Assembly: GCA_038325045.1 (NCBI GenBank)
Contig: JBBQIP010000001.1
Coordinates: 4,200-68,199, forward strand
Length of the DNA: 64,000 bases
Origin: Sphingomonadales bacterium
GTDB lineage: Bacteria > Pseudomonadota > Alphaproteobacteria > Sphingomonadales > Sphingomonadaceae
Direction: 5' to 3'
In this document: positions 8,889 through 16,417 of the stretch, in pieces
Position numbering within the stretch: position 1 is the stretch's first letter
Layout of the letters: each line of letters begins with the position of its first letter
The notes under the pieces: model-generated
The model's database searches: none
Told to the model about the DNA's origin: nothing
The model's input: the letters and a program-made list of their open reading frames with translations, nothing else
Made by a program: the position numbers and the translations under genes

Positions 8889-9241
8889 GCTAGCGATACT
8901 GCGGGCCGGCATCAGCCTTTACAATGGCCGGACAATAGCAAAGCCGGCCCGCACGCTATACTGATAAAGCTTTATACCAGTTCGTCTGGCACCAGCCAGG
9001 CCGGGCGGCCAAACCGGCGCGCGCGGGCCAGCGCATCCGCCGGAAGCTGCGCCAGAATGCAGCATGGAGAAGATGCGCTAAACTCGGCCCAAAACCGGAA
9101 AGCTGCAGCCGCACGGTGACCCCGCGCCGCAATAACCGGGCCGATATCCGACGCGCCGAGCAGCCACAAGACAGATGCAGCAGGAGCGATCACGACCGTT
9201 GCTCGCAATGCCCGGCAACCGCTCCGCAGATCATGCCAGGA

Positions 9242-9589
9242 TCAGCCCGGCGAGGCCAGGGACTGACCCTTGGGACCATGCCGGTTTGCACGGTATTGCC
9301 GCACAATCACCACCCCCGCCACCGCCAGAGCCGCAGCGGCAAGGGCCGGCTGCTTTCGCAGCAGCCGGGTTGCGGCTGCCAGCACGCTGCTGCCGCCGAC
9401 AAGCTTGGCCACTTTGGACAGATTCTCGACCATGGGTTTCAGGTCGAAGCCGCTGCTTTCGTCGGTGTCCACCGCGGTCGGTTGAACGGGTGCATTGCTG
9501 GCGGGCGGCGGCACAGTGCCGGTGGCCGGTGCGGCGGTTGAAGGGGCGGGCGCCGTAGGGGCGGGCGCTGCTGTTTTACCGGGCATCAT
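9242..9589 (-). CDS. Pro/Ala-rich protein with a C-terminal hydrophobic anchor, unknown function
   Basis: AGGAG RBS before ATGATG 9589; low-complexity N-terminus; ALAAAALAVAGVVIVR tail. Confidence 0.65.
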   Translation of the reverse strand: MMPGKTAAPAPTAPAPSTAAPATGTVPPPASNAPVQPTAVDTDESSGFDLKPMVENLSKVAKLVGGSSVLAAATRLLRKQPALAAAALAVAGVVIVRQYRANRHGPKGQSLASPG

Positions 9590-9639
9590 ATACTCCTGTT
9601 TCAAGGCAGAATTGCGAGTGAGGGGTTGCAGCTTTGCGC

Positions 9640-10164
9640 TCAATCAAGCCGCGCTTCGACATTGTTCCCGATGTCGGCTGCGCTGTTGCCGGTAATGAGC
9701 GCCGCTGCCATTTTCACGATCGCCACCGGCGTCGACGGCCCGTCCCAAAGTTCTGCAATCCGCGGGGTCACCCGAATTGCCAGAATCGCCTCGTCTTCCG
9801 GACCGCCGGGAAAAAACGCCTGGGCCGACACGCTCCACAGATCCTTCACAATGGCCCGGTCATCGATCACCTCTGCGGTTCCGGTGACCGCAACATGCGT
9901 CGAGCTGGCATCGGTGAACACCATTGCGCACCGGCTGTCGGATTCGATTTCCTTGTCCTTGATGGTCGACCGGTCGGTCAAAAACCACACCAGGCCTTCC
10001 TCGGCGCGCACGATCGCCGACATTGGCCGCGCATGCGGGCCGGCCTGAGTTTGCGTGACGAGAAACGCCGTCCGCTCCGAGTCCATCACGTCCCATATCC
10101 GTTCCACATCGTCGCTCGATGCTGGCTGGGGATCGACCGGCTTTTCGGTGGTCGTCATCGTCAT
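9640..10164 (-). CDS. Pyridoxamine-5'-phosphate-oxidase-like general stress protein
   Basis: IWDVM...HARPMSA...LVWFLTD...K-KEIE...VAVTG-AEV-DDRA-VKDLWS...FFPGGPED...AELWD; AGGAG RBS. Confidence 0.85.
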   Translation of the reverse strand: MTMTTTEKPVDPQPASSDDVERIWDVMDSERTAFLVTQTQAGPHARPMSAIVRAEEGLVWFLTDRSTIKDKEIESDSRCAMVFTDASSTHVAVTGTAEVIDDRAIVKDLWSVSAQAFFPGGPEDEAILAIRVTPRIAELWDGPSTPVAIVKMAAALITGNSAADIGNNVEARLD

Positions 10165-10197
10165 AATCTCCTGTGCACGCGGTGGTGTTGCAAAACC

Positions 10198-10222
10198 AAC
10201 GACCGGCAATCCTGAATGTTCC
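10198..10222 (-). promoter_or_regulatory. sigma-EcfG promoter (GGAAC-N16-CGTT)
   Basis: Minus strand GGAAC attcaggattgccggt CGTT, a perfect consensus match. Confidence 0.88.
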
Positions 10223-10236
10223 CGCGCTGCCGCCAT

Positions 10237-10262
10237 GGAACCTTCGCTACCACTTCAAGGTT
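10237..10262 (+). promoter_or_regulatory. sigma-EcfG-type promoter (GGAAC-N17-GGTT)
   Basis: GGAAC cttcgctaccacttcaa GGTT, divergent from the 10198-10222 motif. Confidence 0.7.
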
Positions 10263-10298
10263 CTGAGAGTTTGAGCTGTATTTTGAGGAGGTGTGACC

Positions 10299-10658
10299 AT
10301 GCCGACAGAGCCAACCGACCACTCTCACGCGACATCGCAGGAAACGGATGCGGATTTCGACGCGGCCGTCGCCGATCCTTCCGCCTTTTTCGAAAGCCCT
10401 GCTGCCATCGTCGCCGATACCGAGATGACCGATGAACAGAAGCAGCGCTTCCTTGCTGCCTGGGAGCAGGACATCACGGCGCGCCAGCGTGCTGCGGAGG
10501 AAGGCATGGTGCCTGAAGCGGGCAGTGGCGCCGATAACGACGCCGCCCAGCTGAAGCGCGTGAAGGCCGCCATCGGCCAGCTTGATGCCACTCCCTCCGC
10601 TGCCACCACCCCCGGCAGGTCGCACTGGAAGCGCTGGGGCCGGGACACCCTGGCCTGA
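10299..10658 (+). CDS. Small protein of unknown function (paralog of 13868-14221)
   Basis: GAGGAGG RBS; motif DPSAFFESPAAIVAD...KQRFLAAWEQDITAR. Confidence 0.8.
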   Translation: MPTEPTDHSHATSQETDADFDAAVADPSAFFESPAAIVADTEMTDEQKQRFLAAWEQDITARQRAAEEGMVPEAGSGADNDAAQLKRVKAAIGQLDATPSAATTPGRSHWKRWGRDTLA

Positions 10659-10679
10659 GTTTCAATTGCGACGAATGGA

Positions 10680-10704
10680 GGAACCTCGGGCGCGCTCACG
10701 CATT
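10680..10704 (+). promoter_or_regulatory. sigma-EcfG-type promoter variant (GGAAC-N16-CATT)
   Basis: GGAAC ctcgggcgcgctcacg CATT, upstream of the PRC-barrel gene. Confidence 0.6.
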
Positions 10705-10752
10705 TGATAGGGGCAGACCAACTGCGATTTCCATTTTCAATCACAGGAGAGA

Positions 10753-11247
10753 ATGATGACGAATACTTCAGGACACCAGAGCAGTCCGGCCTATGGCAGC
10801 ACCGGCGCCACCGACGCCATGACCGGCAACCGTTCACAGCACGACCGCGGTGATCTCATTGCCGCAAGCCGGGTGAAGGGCACCAATGTCTATGACAAGT
10901 CCGGCGAAAAGATCGGGTCGATCGACGACATCATGGTCGGCAAGCGAAATGGCGAGGTTGCCTATGCGGTGATGTCGTTCGGTGGCTTCCTCGGCATCGG
11001 CGAAAAATTCCACCCGTTGCCTTGGGATGCGCTGGATTATGACACCGAAATCGACGGTTACCGGGTTGGCGCTGCGGGCGAAAAATTCCGCGACGCGCCC
11101 AGCTACAGCCGCGAAGGGCTGGAAGACCAGCGTTGGAGCGAAGACACCGATCGCTATTACAATGATCGCTCTACCGCCAACTGGCTCGATCGCCGCGACA
11201 CCACCGGCGTCGGTTCCGCTTACGGCACGACCCAGGGTCGTCAGTAA
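10753..11247 (+). CDS. PRC-barrel domain protein
   Basis: LIAASRVKGTNVYDKSGEKIGSIDDIMV...YAVMSFGGFLGIGEKFHPLPW; AGGAGA RBS. Confidence 0.92.
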   Translation: MMTNTSGHQSSPAYGSTGATDAMTGNRSQHDRGDLIAASRVKGTNVYDKSGEKIGSIDDIMVGKRNGEVAYAVMSFGGFLGIGEKFHPLPWDALDYDTEIDGYRVGAAGEKFRDAPSYSREGLEDQRWSEDTDRYYNDRSTANWLDRRDTTGVGSAYGTTQGRQ

Positions 11248-11295
11248 TGCGGCTCATCCAATCGACCTGACCGGTTGATTGGTGGCTCGCGATGG

Positions 11296-11326
11296 AGGGG
11301 CAGCGCCGCTGGCGCTGCCCCTTTTT
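11296..11326 (+). terminator. Intrinsic terminator after the PRC-barrel gene
   Basis: AGGGGCAGCGCC-GCT-GGCGCTGCCCCT followed by TTTT; a second hairpin lies at 11258-11282. Confidence 0.75.
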
Positions 11327-11431
11327 CGCGCGGCGCGCGCCTTGCGTACTTAACATTAATGTGGAACCTGCACTTCGGCCCGGCTGCGGCCGAGCAGGTC
11401 GATAAAGCAGAGCTCACCGCACGGAGGGCAA

Positions 11432-13867
11432 GTGCCGGACACGCTGAAGATGACGAACGATCGGCTGGGGCTGATTGTCGAGGACGCGTCCAGCGAAGTT
11501 TATGTTTTTGCCGCCGATGATGGCAAATTCCGCCTCGTCAATCGCGGCGGGCGGGACAATCTTGGCTACACCCTTGAAGAGCTCCACGAGCTGACGCCGT
11601 GGGATATCAAGCCGGAGTTCAACCGCGACCGGTTTATGGCGATGATCGACCCGCTGTTCACCGGCCAGCGCACGAGCCTCGATTTTGAAACCCTGCACAG
11701 GCGCAAGGACGGCACGCTCTATGACGTGTCGATCAAGCTGCAGCTCATCAGCAATGACGGGGACGATGTCTTCTACGCTGCTTGTGAGGACATCACCCAC
11801 CGCAAGCTGATCGAGGCACAGCTGAAAAAGGCATCCTCGCGGCTTGATGCCATCCTGGATAACACCACCATGGCCGTGATGATGATGGATGAGCGCCAGC
11901 ACTGCGTGTTCATGAACAAAGCCGCCGAAGAGCTGACCGGCTTCACATTCGCTGAAACAGCAGGCCGGACGCTGCACGAGGTCATCCACCACAGCTACCC
12001 CGATGGCAGCCATTATCCTGTGGCGGAATGCGCGATCTACCGCTCCTTCCCGGAAAACCGGCGGAATCAGGGCGAGGATGTTTTCATCCACAAGGACGGG
12101 CATTTCTACCCTGTCAGCTTCACCGCATCGCCGGTGAAAAGCGAGGATGGTGGTTCCATCGGCACCGTGATCGAAGTTTGTGACATCTCCTTTCAGATTG
12201 CTGCGCGCAAAGAGCGGGAGGCTTTCAATGAAACGCTCAAAGCGAAAGTCGACGACGCGCTCGCCGAACGCGCTGAGCTTGAAGCCCAGCTGATCCAGGC
12301 CCAGAAAATGGAAGCCGTTGGCCAGCTGACCGGCGGCGTTGCGCATGATTTCAACAATCTGCTGCAAGTCATCGGCAGCAATCTCGAAATGCTCGAAAAG
12401 GAGATCCCGCCGAACGATCTGCGCGCCAAGCGCATCCACAATGCGCTGCAGGGCGTGGAGCGCGGCGCCAAGCTTGCCGCACATCTTCTCGCCTTTGGTC
12501 GCCAACAGGCGCTCGAACCACGGCCGATCAATCTCGGCGCCCTTGTTCGCGGCATGGACGACATGCTGGGGCGCACCCTCGGCGAGATGATCGAGGTTGA
12601 GACCGTGATCTCGGGCGGCCTGTGGAATTGCCTCGCCGATCCGGCGCAGGTGGAGAACATGCTCCTCAACCTCGCGATCAACGGCCGCGACGCCATGGAC
12701 CATCGCGGCAAGCTCACCGTCGAAGCCGGCAATGCCTCGCTCGATGATAGGTATGCGGGTGGCCACAATGAGGTCGCGGCGGGCCAATATGTGATGCTCG
12801 CCGTCACCGACACCGGCATGGGCATAGCGCCCGAGGTCATCGACCGCGTTTTCGACCCGTTCTTTACGACCAAGGGCCCGGGCCAAGGCACCGGGCTGGG
12901 GCTCAGCATGGTATATGGCTTCGTCAAGCAATCGGGCGGCCATATCAAGATTTACAGCGAACAAGGCCAGGGCACCACGGTTCGCATCTATCTGCCGCGC
13001 ACGCGCCGCAAGGCCGATGAACAGGCCAGCGAAGTGCTGGTGACCCCGGGCACCGGCCGCGGCGAGGTGGTGCTGGTGGTTGAAGATGATGACGCCGTGC
13101 GGATGACCACGACCGAGCTGGTGAAGGATCTTGGCTATGCCGTGCTGGAAGCCAGCAACGCCGACAATGCTCTCGCCATCATCAAAAGCGGCCTGAAGAT
13201 CGATCTGCTGTTTACCGATGTCGTCATGCCCGGCACGCTCAGAAGCCCCGAGCTTGCGCGCCAGGCCAAGCAGCGCCTCCCTGAAATCAGGGTGTTGTTC
13301 ACGTCCGGCTACACCCAGAATGCCATCGTCCACGCCGGCCGGCTGGATGACGGGGTCGATCTCATCAGCAAGCCCTACACCCGCGATGTGCTGGCGCGGA
13401 AAATGCGGGAGGTGCTTGATCGCGGCAAGCCCGAAAGCGCGTCGCCCGCGGCCGGAGCGCGGGCGGCAAAAGATTCCAGTCGTCCACCCTCATTGCGTAT
13501 CCTGGTGGTGGAAGACGAGACGATCATCCGCATGGTCGCTGTCGATATGCTGGCGCAGATGGGCCATATTCTCGTCGATGCCGCCTCGGTTGCCGAAGCG
13601 ACCGAAAAGCTGGCCACCACCGCGTTCGACCTGATCTTCACCGATCTGGGCCTGCCCGACGGCTCCGGCTTCGACCTCATCAGGCACGTTCGCACCCATT
13701 TTCCGGCAATGGGCATACTGGTCGCATCGGGACATGGCCGCGATGCCTATCCGGAAGATCTGTGTGCGGTCGACTCAATCATCCACCTGTTCAAACCCTA
13801 TAACGAGCAATCGCTCGTCGATGCCGTGCAGCGCTTCATCGCCGACCGCGCCGAGGCAGCGGCATGA
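11432..13867 (+). CDS. PAS-PAS hybrid sensor kinase with two receiver domains
   Basis: Two PAS domains, QAQKMEAVGQLTGGVAHDFNNLL, LNLAINGRDAM, DTGMG, FFTTKGPGQGTGLGLSMVYGF, then REC (VLVVEDD...LFTD) and a second REC (ILVVEDE...IFTD). Confidence 0.93.
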   Translation: MPDTLKMTNDRLGLIVEDASSEVYVFAADDGKFRLVNRGGRDNLGYTLEELHELTPWDIKPEFNRDRFMAMIDPLFTGQRTSLDFETLHRRKDGTLYDVSIKLQLISNDGDDVFYAACEDITHRKLIEAQLKKASSRLDAILDNTTMAVMMMDERQHCVFMNKAAEELTGFTFAETAGRTLHEVIHHSYPDGSHYPVAECAIYRSFPENRRNQGEDVFIHKDGHFYPVSFTASPVKSEDGGSIGTVIEVCDISFQIAARKEREAFNETLKAKVDDALAERAELEAQLIQAQKMEAVGQLTGGVAHDFNNLLQVIGSNLEMLEKEIPPNDLRAKRIHNALQGVERGAKLAAHLLAFGRQQALEPRPINLGALVRGMDDMLGRTLGEMIEVETVISGGLWNCLADPAQVENMLLNLAINGRDAMDHRGKLTVEAGNASLDDRYAGGHNEVAAGQYVMLAVTDTGMGIAPEVIDRVFDPFFTTKGPGQGTGLGLSMVYGFVKQSGGHIKIYSEQGQGTTVRIYLPRTRRKADEQASEVLVTPGTGRGEVVLVVEDDDAVRMTTTELVKDLGYAVLEASNADNALAIIKSGLKIDLLFTDVVMPGTLRSPELARQAKQRLPEIRVLFTSGYTQNAIVHAGRLDDGVDLISKPYTRDVLARKMREVLDRGKPESASPAAGARAAKDSSRPPSLRILVVEDETIIRMVAVDMLAQMGHILVDAASVAEATEKLATTAFDLIFTDLGLPDGSGFDLIRHVRTHFPAMGILVASGHGRDAYPEDLCAVDSIIHLFKPYNEQSLVDAVQRFIADRAEAAA

Positions 13868-14221
13868 TCACGCCCCCACAATTTCGACCAGACGCCGCCA
13901 CAGGCCGGGGCGGGACGCTTCAACAGCCCGGTCGCCGGCTTGGCCACCTTGCTGCTGCAAAGACACTCTGATCGCCTCCTGACACGCATTGTAATGACTG
14001 CTCTCATCACACTGGGCAGCCAGGTCGCCAGCAACCATATCAAGCCGGCGCGCCTCTATCTCATCGGCCCAATGATACAGGAACCGCCGCTTCAGCTGCA
14101 CGCTCAACGCCGGGTCCGCCAGTATCTCTGCCGGGCCGGCATAGAATTTAGCCGGTTCTATAGGGGGAGGAGCAGCGGCGTCCCCCGATCCAGAGTTCGC
14201 ACCCGGTCGCACTGTGTACAC
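13868..14221 (-). CDS. Small protein of unknown function (paralog of 10299-10658)
   Basis: GAGGAG RBS before GTG; motif EPAKFYAGPAEILAD...KRRFLYHWADEIEAR; probably co-transcribed after the SDR gene. Confidence 0.7.
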   Translation of the reverse strand: MYTVRPGANSGSGDAAAPPPIEPAKFYAGPAEILADPALSVQLKRRFLYHWADEIEARRLDMVAGDLAAQCDESSHYNACQEAIRVSLQQQGGQAGDRAVEASRPGLWRRLVEIVGA

Positions 14222-14260
14222 ACGCTCTCTCCTCGATAAGGGGAACCATTGCCGCGCGCT

Positions 14261-15298
14261 TCAGGAAACAGCGTCATCCCGGCTCCTGAGCGCCGCATTG
14301 ATCGCCAGCGCCGACAGGCCGAGCGTAATCGCCGCAATCGCCGCCGCCGCTACGGGCCGCATCTGCGCTTCCAGCCACAGGCTCTGCTTGCGCACCGGAA
14401 TATCCTGCTCGCTATCGATGTTGCCGTCGCGGCGCGGTTCCCACAAATTGTCACGCGTGCCAGGCGGCGCCGGCGTGTCGATCTGCTGCGCCGTGCGGCC
14501 GACCATTGCCATCGCCTTGTCGGCAAGGGATGGCATCAGCTTGCCGAGCACCGAGACCATCAGCCCATTGCCACCGACAGTCAGTTCGCGGCGCGGATTT
14601 TGCGCTGCAAATACAATCGCCCTGGCCACCAGCCGGGGGTCATAGACCACTGGCGGCACGGTGGCCGGCTTGTCCATCAGGTTGCGCGCGTGTTCCGCAT
14701 AGGGCGTGTGCATTCCGGTAGGCTTGATCAGCGTCACCGAGATCGGCACATCCTGCTCCTGCAATTCCATCCGCAGCCCATCGGTGAAACCCTTCACGGC
14801 GTGTTTCATCGCCGAATAGCTGCCCTGCAGGATCATCGTGCGCTCCGAGAGCACCGAGCCCAGATTGATCACCGCGCCGCCCTGCTCGCGCATCAGCTCA
14901 ACCGCCTTGAGCGCGCCGCGCACCGTGCCGAAATACCCGACGTCGAACACCCGGCGATGGTCGTTCGCATCGATCTCCACCAGCTCGCCGTAGAGCGAGG
15001 TGGCCGCGTTGTTCACCCAGCTGTCAACGCGCCCGAACGTGCTGATTGCGACATCGGCAATCTTGTTGGCCGCTTCCTCATCGGCAACATCGGCGACCAC
15101 CACTTCGACCTTGCTGCCGGCATCGCGCAACCGCCCGGCAATTTCGCCAAGCGCCTCGCCGTTTCTCGAAGACAGGACAAGCGACGCGCCCTTTCTGGCA
15201 GCCAGTTCGGCGGTCGCCAGCCCGATGCCGCTCGATGCGCCGGTAATCACCATCACCTGCTGCTCGATCGGCCTGAGTTGAAGTCGGGTCGTCGTCAT
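14261..15298 (-). CDS. SDR family oxidoreductase with C-terminal extension
   Basis: VITGASSGIG, WVNNAA, YSAMK catalytic motif; GGAG RBS before ATG 15298. Confidence 0.9.
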   Translation of the reverse strand: MTTTRLQLRPIEQQVMVITGASSGIGLATAELAARKGASLVLSSRNGEALGEIAGRLRDAGSKVEVVVADVADEEAANKIADVAISTFGRVDSWVNNAATSLYGELVEIDANDHRRVFDVGYFGTVRGALKAVELMREQGGAVINLGSVLSERTMILQGSYSAMKHAVKGFTDGLRMELQEQDVPISVTLIKPTGMHTPYAEHARNLMDKPATVPPVVYDPRLVARAIVFAAQNPRRELTVGGNGLMVSVLGKLMPSLADKAMAMVGRTAQQIDTPAPPGTRDNLWEPRRDGNIDSEQDIPVRKQSLWLEAQMRPVAAAAIAAITLGLSALAINAALRSRDDAVS

Positions 15299-15326
15299 CA
15301 CAATCTCCTCTGCCATTGCCCGATAC

Positions 15327-15351
15327 AATGGCTGAGGGGCCGGATAGTTCC
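15327..15351 (-). promoter_or_regulatory. sigma-EcfG-type promoter variant (GGAAC-N16-CATT)
   Basis: Minus strand GGAAC tatccggcccctcagc CATT, upstream of the SDR gene. Confidence 0.65.
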
Positions 15352-15570
15352 GCTTGCATCGGCAGTCAGCCTGCCAGGCGGCAATATTACCTCTGTCGTA
15401 ATTTCCCGTTGGCATGGAAGGACGTCCGTTGACCGGACTTTTGGCGCTCAAGAAGCGTTGCTGTCAGTGCGAGTCGCGCCCTGTTCTTGCGGCGTCTTGC
15501 ACCCCATAAATCGGCTCCAGGCATTGGCGGCGATGCGCCTGACCCGCCCAAAAGGCCGAAAACACGCGAG

Positions 15571-15610
15571 CAATCCCGCACTGTCCGGGACAATCCCGGA
15601 TAACCCCGGG
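15571..15610 (+). repeat. Four degenerate 10-bp direct repeats next to the tRNA 3' end
   Basis: CAATCCCGCA / CTGTCCGGGA / CAATCCCGGA / TAACCCCGGG, in exact 10-bp register. Confidence 0.55.
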
Positions 15611-15623
15611 CAAAGTGAATGGG

Positions 15624-15700
15624 TGGTGCACCCGGAACGATTCGAACGTCCGACCCTCAGATTCGTAGTCTGATGCTCTATCCAGCTGAGCTACGGGTGC
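15624..15700 (-). tRNA. tRNA-Arg (anticodon ACG)
   Basis: Reverse complement GCACCCGTAGCTCAGCTGGATAGAGCATCAGACT-ACG-AATCTGAGGGTCGGACGTTCGAATCGTTCCGGGTGCACCA: 77 nt, T-loop GTTCGAAT, encoded CCA. Confidence 0.97.
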
Positions 15701-15771
15701 GACGGCACCGGCCTATAAGGGAGCGGCGCGGGGTTGGCAACGGGGTCCGGCCGGCCTAGCAGCGAGGGGCT

Positions 15772-16326
15772 ATGCGTGTGCTGGTTCTTTCAATCCCGCT
15801 GCTGCTGGCCGCCTGTGCCAGCAGCGATGGCGACGATCCGGCGGATGCGCGGCTGAAGGGCTGGCCCTCGCTGGCGCCGAGGCCGGGCGAGGTTTCGCCG
15901 CTGGTGCCCCGTGTGCCGCTGGGTGCCTTTGCCGGCTGCGGGCCGGACGCCCGCGAAACAGCGGCGCCGGTGCTGGCCCCGCTGGCGGCGCTGCCGCTGC
16001 CCCAGCCGGTGCCGTTGCCGGCCGATGCGGCAGCGCGCCTGCAGGCAGCCGAAGCGGTGATAGCAGCGGTGGAGGCAGACGCCGGGCCGGCGCGGGCGCG
16101 GGCGCGGGCGGCGATAGCAGCCGCCGGGCCGGGCGCGGAGCCGACCGAGGCAGAGGTGCAGCGCAGCCGCTTTGAGGCGCTGTTCCTGCAGCTGGGGCCG
16201 GCGGCGGCCGATATCGAGGCGCTGATGCCGGCCCTGGAATCCGACCCGGCGCTGGCGGCGCGGGCGGCGGCGCTGGCAGCGCGGCTGGAGGCGCTGGACA
16301 CCGAGCGGCGGCGCGGGCTAGATTAA
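15772..16326 (+). CDS. Putative lipoprotein of unknown function
   Basis: Signal peptide with lipobox LLLAAC; WPSLAPRP motif; Ala-rich helical C-terminus. Confidence 0.7.
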   Translation: MRVLVLSIPLLLAACASSDGDDPADARLKGWPSLAPRPGEVSPLVPRVPLGAFAGCGPDARETAAPVLAPLAALPLPQPVPLPADAAARLQAAEAVIAAVEADAGPARARARAAIAAAGPGAEPTEAEVQRSRFEALFLQLGPAAADIEALMPALESDPALAARAAALAARLEALDTERRRGLD

Positions 16327-16417
16327 CAGGCCGGGACACCGTGCCCGCTTGCATGCGCGCGGGCGGTAGCGCAGCAAGGGCGGCAGGGAACCACCAGGGG
16401 GGCCTGGGAGAGGCCGG

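Larger units (their letters stand above)
1..15623. mobile_element. Putative tRNA-Arg-anchored genomic island (stress-response island); left end lies outside the window
   Basis: Hand counts of sample 60-nt lines give 33/60 (4561) and 36/60 (12001) GC, versus 40/60 (16501) and 49/60 (18241) to the right of the tRNA. The block ends at the tRNA 3' end. No integrase or att duplication is visible in the window. Confidence 0.55.

Noticed and set aside
9644-9668. GGAAC upstream of the 9242-9589 gene
   Set aside because: The -10 position reads TTGA, not NGTT or CATT; the gene can be co-transcribed from the 10198-10222 promoter.
11345-11390. GGAAC at 11363 and TTAACATTAA upstream of the hybrid kinase
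   Set aside because: No -10 element at the 16-17 nt spacing, and the TTAA spacing is 2 rather than the 7 expected for CtrA.
11414-13333. 639-aa antisense ORF opposite the hybrid kinase (similarly 2822-4240, 21955-23388, 30052-32259, 44342-46204, 55121-57232)
   Set aside because: Shadow ORFs of GC-rich coding strands: no motifs or RBS, and they fully overlap well-supported genes.
15571-15610. Short repeats here, in folD and around ccmCDE as CRISPR arrays
   Set aside because: No repeat-spacer periodicity and no cas genes in the window.
14249-15673. 474-aa plus-strand ORF reading through the island junction into the tRNA; considered as a recombinase remnant
   Set aside because: Most of it is antisense to the SDR, and the free last ~100 codons show no serine- or tyrosine-recombinase motif I can recognise. 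A tBLASTn of 15352-15673 would settle it.
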